Part shown: positions 48,101-58,581 of the stretch, in pieces
How the letters are laid out: each line of letters begins with the position of its first letter
How positions within the stretch are numbered: the first letter of the stretch is position 1
Source: Bacteroides sp.
GTDB taxonomy: Bacteria > Bacteroidota > Bacteroidia > Bacteroidales > Bacteroidaceae
Assembly: GCA_021201335.1 (NCBI GenBank)
Contig: JAJQFD010000016.1
Location: 49,365 to 113,364 of the forward strand
DNA length: 64,000 nt
Direction: 5' to 3'
Program-made: the position numbers and the translations under genes
Notes under the pieces: model-generated
Told to the model about the DNA's origin: nothing
Databases searched by the model: none
What the model saw: the letters and a program-made list of their open reading frames with translations, nothing else

Positions 48101-48457
48101 AGTGATAAAAAAATTATTCGTTACAACGGAATAGTTACTTCTTCAGGTAAAATAGTAGCCATGGCTAAAAAATACAACCTGATACGAGGTGCAGTACTGG
48201 ATGGAGGAACTTACACTTGCTTCCATTTGGTAGACACTTATTTACAAATGACTATCCAATTGAATTTCGAATATATGTATATGGGGCAGGATTACAACGA
48301 AAATGTAACATTGGGAGAAGTAATCTTCTATCATTTAGATGAAGAAGGAGAAGTTCAGGATGAACCCAAGCAAAATGTAATTATTGAACCAACTACGGTA
48401 CCTTCACGCTTCCTATGCAGTATATTAGCTATATTCGATCAATTAAAGAATACATAA
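45197..48457 (+). CDS. large helical-repeat protein with C-terminal DUF4132-like domain (YehI/MolR-like)
   Basis: 1086 aa from ATG 45197; the track start at 45194 is a TTG. The C-terminal block WKELFVDNPIMHRFAIGLIWGIY...ITLIHPSEL...WKEQLDDYEIAQPLPQL matches my memory of DUF4132. It is the first gene of the coupled cluster. Confidence 0.75.
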   Translation: MEKHKMIELWKKQFGNSYYQFNFLPKVYEYFAGQTKEISSPVTDTGRKYYVSYEEWIQQELDTDNAELARRMLVVISKMRSEGLVSNAYTAVKDVELCLRIGYDFESVIQESIHKIKLINAIDFHKIARLLAEYHPKDAEIFADRLVSDELQEMITRRDIKRDLYLALHLATILLKKDKKKYARYLPILISIREKVQDEKITVMLYEGYMLSPILKQQLQEEISGKLHNSRLIWQLTSTETMRSFLDSIGSSQWPYYYLVMNEFISVPNKPEIFHTLYQENKKVFMDLYQRLLQSRDISNFKYVPYLLAILLKNKERRSDLEEHGVILISLMKCLLNEYSDRNKEYNLFNLVDEKIPITDLEPLSFSRAFNRGNAEIIISGFSLLYDYSPKAKRFIHALLTNVLKSIRSYHIITYTAGYFLKSRKAWLDIPADKSLTTLLQSKTRFTVSNVFDLYCLAFSYAGHLQSIAADTVTPEFIRMYKKEALQLLKGDNLNIEETVVWMDLLYFSAGFDDYTPLFDLLGNKSKLIRKKAEEIINEKEETIRPSLEKKIPTLKKDALAAAKRLIKRWDNDRKFGADFVFTDNQTVIDFCTDNYDESNQKLISWISDDLLADARFVDLSGKAPAIVLKYILSEYMALEEAYKIKACDKVIERLHLPDFQATLENIYLLWKENNAETKRKMIMVLYCIYASDSQILKLKNQLKDWAEAARGAIAAFVVNAIAMNGRSVALMMIDSIAAKFPNKQVKGAAQTAFSFAAKALEIPEEVLSDKIVPTLGFDKEGTKTVDYGTRTFTLTLLPNFSLTIFDNEKQKEIKSMPAPAANDDLVKALAAKREFSELKKQIKATVQTQTSRLEKVLTNGRTWKTDAWKELFVDNPIMHRFAIGLIWGIYTDNNLTDTFRYMEDGTFNTVDEEEYRLPDDGAITLIHPSELDADTLSQWKEQLDDYEIAQPLPQLSAPVIAIELHEISDKKIIRYNGIVTSSGKIVAMAKKYNLIRGAVLDGGTYTCFHLVDTYLQMTIQLNFEYMYMGQDYNENVTLGEVIFYHLDEEGEVQDEPKQNVIIEPTTVPSRFLCSILAIFDQLKNT

Positions 48458-48461
48458 AACA

Positions 48462-49577
48462 ATGAGCAATAATAAAGTACAAAAACCTTTGATGGAGATG
48501 CGGTATGCCGATGAGCTTGCCGCACTCCGAAAACACGACAAAGGCAAACGACCGGAAAACTGGCTTTTATCTCCCCGTGCTATCCGTTCTTTTATACTGG
48601 GAGAAAAAGAACCATTGGAACTCGATGGAAAAGAAATTAAGATAACACCCAAATTCTTGGGTGATGATACTCTGGTAGAACGCGCCATTATTACGTTGGC
48701 TGGAAACCGGGGTTTGATGTTAGTTGGTGAACCGGGAACGGCTAAAACCATGCTCAGCGAGCTTCTCTCAGCTGCTATTTGTGGTATCAGTACCAACACA
48801 GTACAAGGCACAGCCGGAACAAGTGAAGACAGCATTAAATATTCCTGGAATTATGCGCTTCTGCTGGCAAAAGGCCCTGTGCCGGAAGCACTGGTTCCCT
48901 CACCTGTTTACATTGGCATGAAAAAGGGAATTATTACCCGCTTTGAAGAAATCACCCGTTGCCCACTGGAGATACAAGACAGTCTGATCAGTATCATGAG
49001 TGACCGGGTATTAAATATTCCGGAACTTGGTGAAGACGGACTGCTCTTTGCTGCTCCCGGCTTTAATGTGATCGCTACTGCCAACACCCGGGACAAAGGA
49101 ATCAATGAAATGAGTAGCGCCTTAAAGCGTCGCTTTAACTTTGAAACGGTAGAGCCCATCCGCAGCGTTGCCCTGGAAAGTAAGATCATTATGGAACAAT
49201 GTAGTAATATGTTGGCTGCCAACAATATGGATGTTACTATTCAGGAAGAAGTAGTAGATATACTTGCATCTACTTTTAATGAACTCAGAAACGGTACTTC
49301 TTTTGAAAAAGCCAAAATACAAAAACTCTCTGGGGTAATGAGCACCGCCGAAGCTGTTTCAGTCTACTATCAGTCAGCCCTGGATGCTTATTATTATGGA
49401 GATGGATCTATTAGCATGCGTTCGCTGGTACAAAACCTGATGGGAGCCATCATGAAAGAGAACAAAGATGATTTACCCAAACTAAAAGATTACTTCAACG
49501 GAGTGATCCGCATAAAGGCAGAAAGAAACGGAGGAAAATGGAAAGAGTACTACGAAAGCAGGACATCACTGAAGTAG
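48462..49577 (+). CDS. MoxR/AAA_5-type AAA+ ATPase (YehL-like)
   Basis: It has Walker A GEPGTAKT (nt 48726-48749), a Walker B-like ITRFEEITR, sensor-1 IATANTRD and ALKRRF. It starts 4 nt after the upstream stop. Confidence 0.9.
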   Translation: MSNNKVQKPLMEMRYADELAALRKHDKGKRPENWLLSPRAIRSFILGEKEPLELDGKEIKITPKFLGDDTLVERAIITLAGNRGLMLVGEPGTAKTMLSELLSAAICGISTNTVQGTAGTSEDSIKYSWNYALLLAKGPVPEALVPSPVYIGMKKGIITRFEEITRCPLEIQDSLISIMSDRVLNIPELGEDGLLFAAPGFNVIATANTRDKGINEMSSALKRRFNFETVEPIRSVALESKIIMEQCSNMLAANNMDVTIQEEVVDILASTFNELRNGTSFEKAKIQKLSGVMSTAEAVSVYYQSALDAYYYGDGSISMRSLVQNLMGAIMKENKDDLPKLKDYFNGVIRIKAERNGGKWKEYYESRTSLK

Positions 49578-51934
49578 AAGAGTTATTCCGTGAAAGTTTC
49601 AACCTGGAAAGTGAAGTGATATATTTCCCTGTGAGACATCACTCCCCTGCTTGTGCTTATCATTTACAGCAAACCATTGAAAACTATCGTCCGGAGGAAA
49701 TCCTGATCGAGGGCCCGGCTGATTCCGAGCAACTGTTGCCTTATATTGCCGATAGCAATTCCGAACCTCCCTTTTGCATCTATTACAGTTATGACGATAA
49801 AGAAGGCAAAGTCAGCGAAGCCAGTGAAAAATATCGGGCTTACTATCCTTTCCTCCCTTATTCTCCTGAACTGATAGCAATTCAGGTCGGAGCAAAAGAA
49901 AATATCCCCGTACGATTTATTGATCTTCCGTATACCCTCCGGTTGTTGAACAAGGTGGAGCCGGAAGAGCAGGATGCACAATTCTACTATAACGAGAATA
50001 AAGAATACGAAGTCAATGTTTACACTACAGGGGTAGCTACTCGTGCAGGATGCCGGAGTTTTTCCGAATTCTGGGAAAGCCGGTACGAACTGAGTGCAGA
50101 AAAGATTTCAACTGCTAACTTTGTAAGAAATGTATTCTACCTGGGATATTATATGCGAATGGCAACTCCCGAATCGGACATTTCTTTTCTGGAAGATTGC
50201 CAACGGGAAATATATATGGCTACGGAAATACGAAAGTCACTGTCAACCCGGAAGCGTATACTGGTAGTTACGGGAGCTTTTCATGTGAGTGGGTTAATGG
50301 CAGTCCTGCATACCAACAAAGAATCAAACCTGAAAGTCAAATCCAAGCCGGAACATGTCGCCTCCTACCTAATGCCTTATACTTTTAAAGAGGCCGATAG
50401 TAAACATGGATATGCTGCCGGTATGCCTTTTCCTGCATTTTATCAGAGCATTTGGGAGAAAATGCAAAAGAAGCAGAAGAGCATTTATGACAGTTGTGTT
50501 TTGGATTATATCATTAAAACAGCCCGCTATGCCCGAAAAACCCAAAGCATTTCCGTACCGGATGAAATTAATGCCTTCAACATGGCTCGTTCGCTGGCTA
50601 CACTCCGGGGAAAATCTACACCGGGAGTTTATGAATTGCTGGATGGAGTGAGAAGTTGCTTTGTAAAGGGAGATTTCAACGCTACTTCTACTTTTGAGAT
50701 TGATTTTCTACTTCGGCTTCTGTCAGGTATGGGTGCCGGAAAAGTAGTAGTCAACGACCTTATTCCTCCGGTAGTCAAAGAATTCCGGGCGCAATGTTCT
50801 CATCACCGACTGAAAACATCTACGGTAGAGCGTCAGGAAGTTACCTTAGATATTATCAAGAATCCGGCTCACTTCCGTAAAAGTCGTTTCTTACATCAGC
50901 TGTCTTTCCTTAAGACTGGATTTTGTACTCTTCAGTCAGGCCCGGATTATGTGAACGGCAAAGATAAAAATCTGGTACGGGAAATCTGGTTTTGCCGTTA
51001 TAGTACCCAGGTAGAGACTCAATTGATAGACCTCTCTGTATATGGGACAACTCTTTCCCAAATTTGTGCTTCGCTGATCGAAAAAGAATTCAAAGACAAC
51101 ATGACCGCGGAGGATCTGGGCAAATTATTACTCTCCGTCCAGGTAATGGGAATTGATAACTTCTTTGCCCAGTACGAAGAAGCCATACGTCAGGTAATTC
51201 TCCAAGAGAAAAACTTCGTCAATCTTTGCAAGTTGACCGGTAATCTGCTGTATCTCGAAACCATGCAGCAATTGATGGAAGGGAAAGCGTATCCAATTGT
51301 ACCAGAATTTATTGCTATTGCTTTTAAAGAAGCGGTACAGCAGATTGCGGTGATTCGAAATGCCACAGAGGATGAAGAACAGAAAATCAGTGAATGTTTG
51401 CGCGATTTATATGGATTCCTACTCAATACAACTCATACGTTAGACAGAGAAGGTTTTAACCAAGCTATTGAAAATATAACATTCGATAGTTTCTCCAACA
51501 GTCGCATATTTGGGGCATCTCTGGCTATCCGTTACAAAGAAGGATTTATTGAGCAGAAATCTTTCTGCAATCAAATCTCCGCTTACCTTGAAAGTAGTAT
51601 CAATCAACCGGAAGGAGCCGCTTCATTTGTATGTGGTTTATTTCTTATCGCCCGGGATGTGCTCTTCAGTGATTCCCGCATCTTGGAAGCAATCGACCGG
51701 GTAGTTTCAGCTGCAGATGGAAAGACTTTCCTGAATATACTTCCCAACCTGCGCTATGCCTTTACCAGTTTCCTACCGGTTGAACTTAACCGTCTGGGAC
51801 AAATCGTAGCTGAATATCATCATATCGAAGAGAATAAACTGACAGGCAGTACCCAGGTTTCACAGGAAGAAATAATAGAAGCCATGCGCCTGGACGCCCT
51901 GGCTGCCGAAGAACTTAACCGATGGGAATTATGA
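49538..51934 (+). CDS. DUF5682-like protein (YehM-like) with TraB/ChaN/TIKI-like N-terminal motifs
   Basis: 798 aa. The only ATG start overlaps the AAA+ gene by 40 nt; an in-frame GTG at about 49613 is an alternative. The motifs are FPVRHHSP, REIYMA and VVTGAFHVSG. Confidence 0.7.
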   Translation: MERVLRKQDITEVEELFRESFNLESEVIYFPVRHHSPACAYHLQQTIENYRPEEILIEGPADSEQLLPYIADSNSEPPFCIYYSYDDKEGKVSEASEKYRAYYPFLPYSPELIAIQVGAKENIPVRFIDLPYTLRLLNKVEPEEQDAQFYYNENKEYEVNVYTTGVATRAGCRSFSEFWESRYELSAEKISTANFVRNVFYLGYYMRMATPESDISFLEDCQREIYMATEIRKSLSTRKRILVVTGAFHVSGLMAVLHTNKESNLKVKSKPEHVASYLMPYTFKEADSKHGYAAGMPFPAFYQSIWEKMQKKQKSIYDSCVLDYIIKTARYARKTQSISVPDEINAFNMARSLATLRGKSTPGVYELLDGVRSCFVKGDFNATSTFEIDFLLRLLSGMGAGKVVVNDLIPPVVKEFRAQCSHHRLKTSTVERQEVTLDIIKNPAHFRKSRFLHQLSFLKTGFCTLQSGPDYVNGKDKNLVREIWFCRYSTQVETQLIDLSVYGTTLSQICASLIEKEFKDNMTAEDLGKLLLSVQVMGIDNFFAQYEEAIRQVILQEKNFVNLCKLTGNLLYLETMQQLMEGKAYPIVPEFIAIAFKEAVQQIAVIRNATEDEEQKISECLRDLYGFLLNTTHTLDREGFNQAIENITFDSFSNSRIFGASLAIRYKEGFIEQKSFCNQISAYLESSINQPEGAASFVCGLFLIARDVLFSDSRILEAIDRVVSAADGKTFLNILPNLRYAFTSFLPVELNRLGQIVAEYHHIEENKLTGSTQVSQEEIIEAMRLDALAAEELNRWEL

Positions 51935-53055
51935 GAGATAACGATCAACAAACCATCAACCGATGGCGTCTCATACTGGGTGACTTTGCAGAGTCTCACC
52001 TCCCTCTTAATCCACAGGATCAAGAACTGGACGGTGCTTTGTATTTCTTATATAACCGGGAATATGGAAACGAGCAAGGTATGCGGGAAGAAAATCCCCG
52101 GGCAAGTCGTGGTGGAAGCACGCTGACTGTTCCCGGTTGGCTTAAACGGGTGAAAAAGCTTTTCCCACAGAAAACGGTGGAGATTATGCAAAAGCAAGCT
52201 TTGGATAAGTACAACCTCACCCAGCTGCTGACAGACGAATCCGTTCTGCGTCAGATGGAGCCCAATATGAATCTACTCAAGAACATACTTTCTTTTCGGA
52301 ACATGATGCCCAACAATGTCAAAAAGCTAGCATATACCATTGTAGAGCAAGTTATTAAAGACCTCCAAAAGAAACTGGAAATACAGGTAAGGCAAACCTT
52401 TTACGGCCGCAAGCTTCCGAGGACAAACTCCAGCTACAGAATAGCCCGTAATTTTGATTTCAAACAAACCATCCGAAAGAATATGAAAAACTATCACAAG
52501 GAGTTCGGAACGGTTATTCCTGAACGGTTGTATTTCAATCAAAATATACGACGCTATAATCCGTGGCATATTGTCATTCTCGTAGATGAAAGTGGAAGTA
52601 TGCTTGAATCGGTAATTTATTCTGCAGTTATGGCCTCGATCTTTGCCAAAATGCCTTTCCTATCTACCAAACTGGTTATATTTGATACATCCATAGTTGA
52701 CCTGAGTGATCACATTGATGATCCCGTCACTACTTTGATGAAAGTACAACTAGGAGGCGGTACGGATATATACCAGGCTTTGGAATATTCCAAGAAGATT
52801 ATTTCAGAGCCACAGAAAACTATTGTACTACTTGTCAGCGACTTGTATGACGGTAATAACTATAATTATATGTACCGTTCCTGTAAAGATATACTGGAAG
52901 CAGGCAGCCGGTTGTTCATCCTCCCGGCACTCGATTATTCCAGTGCTCCCAGTTACGATAAACGAGCTGCAAAACATCTGGCTACCCTTGGGGCAGATGT
53001 AGCAGCCATAACCCCGGAAGAATTAGCCGAATGGATTGGAAAGATCATATCATAG
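51922..53055 (+). CDS. VWA (MIDAS) domain protein, CoxE/YehP-like
   Basis: It has the MIDAS motif ILVDESGSM (nt 52585-52599), LGGGTDI and LLVSDLYDG. An alternative start at 51931 forms an ATGA overlap with the upstream stop. Confidence 0.88.
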   Translation: MGIMRDNDQQTINRWRLILGDFAESHLPLNPQDQELDGALYFLYNREYGNEQGMREENPRASRGGSTLTVPGWLKRVKKLFPQKTVEIMQKQALDKYNLTQLLTDESVLRQMEPNMNLLKNILSFRNMMPNNVKKLAYTIVEQVIKDLQKKLEIQVRQTFYGRKLPRTNSSYRIARNFDFKQTIRKNMKNYHKEFGTVIPERLYFNQNIRRYNPWHIVILVDESGSMLESVIYSAVMASIFAKMPFLSTKLVIFDTSIVDLSDHIDDPVTTLMKVQLGGGTDIYQALEYSKKIISEPQKTIVLLVSDLYDGNNYNYMYRSCKDILEAGSRLFILPALDYSSAPSYDKRAAKHLATLGADVAAITPEELAEWIGKIIS

Positions 53056-54770
53056 CCTCTGATAACTATCACCCACAGGCACAAGTATTCAGTGTGTATG
53101 CTAATGAAAGCTTTCTGGTGACTTTAGCCAACAAAGGTCTTTATAAACGTGCATTGAAAGACCTCGAAAGCACACAGCATATTGAACTGAAAGGAGACTC
53201 TCCACTTCAGGTACAACTGGATGATATAACCGTTACCCTGAATGAAAATGTTTCTCAAAGTACCTGTACTTGTCCATCCAAAACGATTTGCAAACACGTG
53301 TTGATGGCCATCCTGGTAACTGCTGGTTATTCGGCTGAAAAACCTTCAGAGACTTCCCAGGAAAACATGGCAAAGAATTCCACGAAAGATGAAAAACAAG
53401 CTCACGAGGAACCCTGGAAATCTTTGAAAGAAGTTGATATCGCTGCACTTCGCAAACAAGCAGGTAAAAAACTCTTTGAAGATACGCTTCGACTTATTCA
53501 GGACGGTTGGACTGCTGATTTCAAAGAAAGTGAAATGCTGGAAGCAACTATTAACACCGAGAATATCATTGTGTATTTCCCCTCACAGGATAGTATTAAT
53601 CGTTCCGTTTGTAAATGTGGGGAACAAGGTTTATGCAAGCATAAACTCATTGCCATACTCTCCTATCTAAGTGATCAGGGATTATTAAACAATAACTCAG
53701 AAGATACCACTACACTTTCTTTACTAAACGACGAAAGCAGGGCCATATTGGAAGCGGCAGGTAAATTCGTTATTCATATTTTCGATAAAGGAATCATCAA
53801 CTGTGGAGAGAATGAATCTGAAACAGCCATTCAATTCTCAATCCGTCTGGAAACTTGTGGCATTGGGAATCTCTCACGCTTATTCCGCTCCCTGTCTTCT
53901 GATCTTGAAAACATGCTGAGTAAACATGTGGGATTTAACCAGATTACTACTTTCTCTACTTTGTCCCGGCTTCATAATACGATTCAGCTTATCCTGAGAA
54001 ACCTGCATGATAATCAGAAACTGGGATTATTGATTGAAAGTACCCGCTCAGATTATTACACAACTCCCCTTGGTAACTTCACCGGATTGGGAGCTTTTCC
54101 CTGGCAAACACGATCCGGATATTTTGGTATTACTGCGTATTTCTTCTATCATGAAAAGCAGGTTATCTGTACTTTTACCACCAGTCTGGCAGGTTATTAT
54201 GAGCAGACAGAAGAATTAGCCACCATTGATAATCTCTCCCGGCAATTTACGAAAAACACGCATTGGGCTGATAGTCATTCACTGGCTGTATTATCTCAAT
54301 CGACTTTTACGCTTCGGAACTTCAAACTCAATAAACAGTATCGTTTGTCGTCATCTGCACAAACACAATGTGAGATTACGGGAAAAGTAGATCGGGGCAC
54401 CCTGCAAAATCTGCAAAGTATTCGCCAGTTATTTGAATTGACCGAGTTCTCAGAAGAATCATATCAATATTTCAGTAAGCGACCGCCGGATCAGATTATC
54501 CTGGTTCCTTTTCAGAAACTCAGTGATGTTTATTTCAGTCATACAAAACAAAAACTTCTTTTTAATATTGAACAAATCGATGAAACATCTATAAAAGCAT
54601 CTCTTGATTTTAATCCTTTTACTAAAAATGCAATTAAATACTTGGAGCGTATAGGTGATTTTCCCGATAACAAATCTCATTACATGGTTTTTCTAAAACG
54701 TAAAGATGGATTAATTCCTGTGAGCATTGTGGATGATAATGGAATGAATAACTTTTTCTTTAAACAATAA
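53031..54770 (+). CDS. protein with two SWIM zinc fingers (YehQ-like)
   Basis: It has CTCPSKTICKH (nt 53265-53297) and CKCGEQGLCKH (nt 53610-53642), both CxCx5CxH. It overlaps the VWA gene by 25 nt. Confidence 0.85.
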   Translation: MDWKDHIIASDNYHPQAQVFSVYANESFLVTLANKGLYKRALKDLESTQHIELKGDSPLQVQLDDITVTLNENVSQSTCTCPSKTICKHVLMAILVTAGYSAEKPSETSQENMAKNSTKDEKQAHEEPWKSLKEVDIAALRKQAGKKLFEDTLRLIQDGWTADFKESEMLEATINTENIIVYFPSQDSINRSVCKCGEQGLCKHKLIAILSYLSDQGLLNNNSEDTTTLSLLNDESRAILEAAGKFVIHIFDKGIINCGENESETAIQFSIRLETCGIGNLSRLFRSLSSDLENMLSKHVGFNQITTFSTLSRLHNTIQLILRNLHDNQKLGLLIESTRSDYYTTPLGNFTGLGAFPWQTRSGYFGITAYFFYHEKQVICTFTTSLAGYYEQTEELATIDNLSRQFTKNTHWADSHSLAVLSQSTFTLRNFKLNKQYRLSSSAQTQCEITGKVDRGTLQNLQSIRQLFELTEFSEESYQYFSKRPPDQIILVPFQKLSDVYFSHTKQKLLFNIEQIDETSIKASLDFNPFTKNAIKYLERIGDFPDNKSHYMVFLKRKDGLIPVSIVDDNGMNNFFFKQ

Positions 54771-54772
54771 TC

Positions 54773-55048
54773 ATGACTCTGAACAGACTCTTAAAAGAAC
54801 TCGAATTGCTTTTATCAGACATCGCCTTTACTGGTATACATCACATTCAGCCTGTGACCCTTCAAAAACTAGAAGACTTGAAAAAATGGATGATTGAATT
54901 AAATATGACTGAAGGCATACGGTTAATTGATAAATTTATCCAATCGGTTTATGAATATAAGGCCGGAAAACAATCGGTGGAAACGACCATTTCTTCTCTT
55001 TGTGCACTGGAGTTTTATGAAAAAACAACGTCCGGCAAGCAAAAATAG
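54773..55048 (+). CDS. small helical hypothetical protein, last gene of the cluster
   Basis: 91 aa. It starts 2 nt after the SWIM gene stop. There is no recognisable motif. Confidence 0.5.
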   Translation: MTLNRLLKELELLLSDIAFTGIHHIQPVTLQKLEDLKKWMIELNMTEGIRLIDKFIQSVYEYKAGKQSVETTISSLCALEFYEKTTSGKQK

Positions 55049-55051
55049 ATG

Positions 55052-55059
55052 TATATTTG
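55052..55059 (+). promoter_or_regulatory. -7 box (TATATTTG) for the LRR gene
   Basis: It lies 29 nt upstream of ATG 55088, immediately after the stop of the 91-aa gene. Confidence 0.45.
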
Positions 55060-55087
55060 CACCATCAACCAGAAACTACTTACAAAA

Positions 55088-57827
<2,740 letters not shown>

Positions 57828-57847
57828 TCAATCTGGCATAAATGACT

Positions 57848-57855
57848 TATCTTTG
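57848..57855 (+). promoter_or_regulatory. -7 box (TATCTTTG) for grpE-dnaJ
   Basis: It lies 109 nt upstream of ATG 57964. The leader contains two inverted repeats. Confidence 0.4.
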
Positions 57856-57963
57856 CACCATCTTTTTTAAATATATACTAATTGGCAAACTTTTTGCTAG
57901 CCAAGCCATGTGACATGGATGATTAATCACTTAAAACGAAATCAATAATAACGAATATAAAAA

Positions 57964-58566
57964 ATGAACAATATGGATCCAAAGAAAAAAGAAGAAATGC
58001 TGGAAGAAGAATTGAATGCGAATTCAAATGAAGAAACCATTTGTGATGAGACACAGGAACAATCCCCACAATCCGAACAGGAAGATGCTCCTATGTCTCA
58101 TGAAGAAGAATTGGAAAAGAAAGTAGATGCTTTGACACAAGAAAATGAGGATATAAGAGACAAATATCTTCGCCTTTCAGCTGAATTCGACAACTATCGC
58201 AAGCGAACCATGAAGGAAAAGGCAGAGCTTATTTTGAATGGAAGTGAAAAAAACATTATAAGTTTTCTTCCGGTGATAGACGATTTGGAGAGAGCCCTTA
58301 AAACGATGGAAACATCTACAGATATTACGGCAATTAAAGAAGGCGTTGAACTGATTTATAATAAATTGATTTCCATTCTGGGACAAAACGGTGTAAAGGT
58401 AATCGAGACAAAAGAACAACCCTTGGATACCGATTATCATGAGGCAATTGCTGTTATCCCCGCCCCCACGGAAGAACTAAAAGGCAAAATTCTGGATAGT
58501 GTGCAAACAGGTTACACGATGAACGGCAAAGTAATTCGTCACGCCAAAGTGGTAGTCGGAGAATAA
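57964..58566 (+). CDS. grpE: nucleotide exchange factor GrpE
   Basis: 200 aa. It has an acidic N-terminus, a coiled coil and a C-terminal beta domain (RHAKVVV). It lies directly upstream of dnaJ. Confidence 0.96.
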   Translation: MNNMDPKKKEEMLEEELNANSNEETICDETQEQSPQSEQEDAPMSHEEELEKKVDALTQENEDIRDKYLRLSAEFDNYRKRTMKEKAELILNGSEKNIISFLPVIDDLERALKTMETSTDITAIKEGVELIYNKLISILGQNGVKVIETKEQPLDTDYHEAIAVIPAPTEELKGKILDSVQTGYTMNGKVIRHAKVVVGE

Positions 58567-58581
58567 TCATAAAATTGTAAT

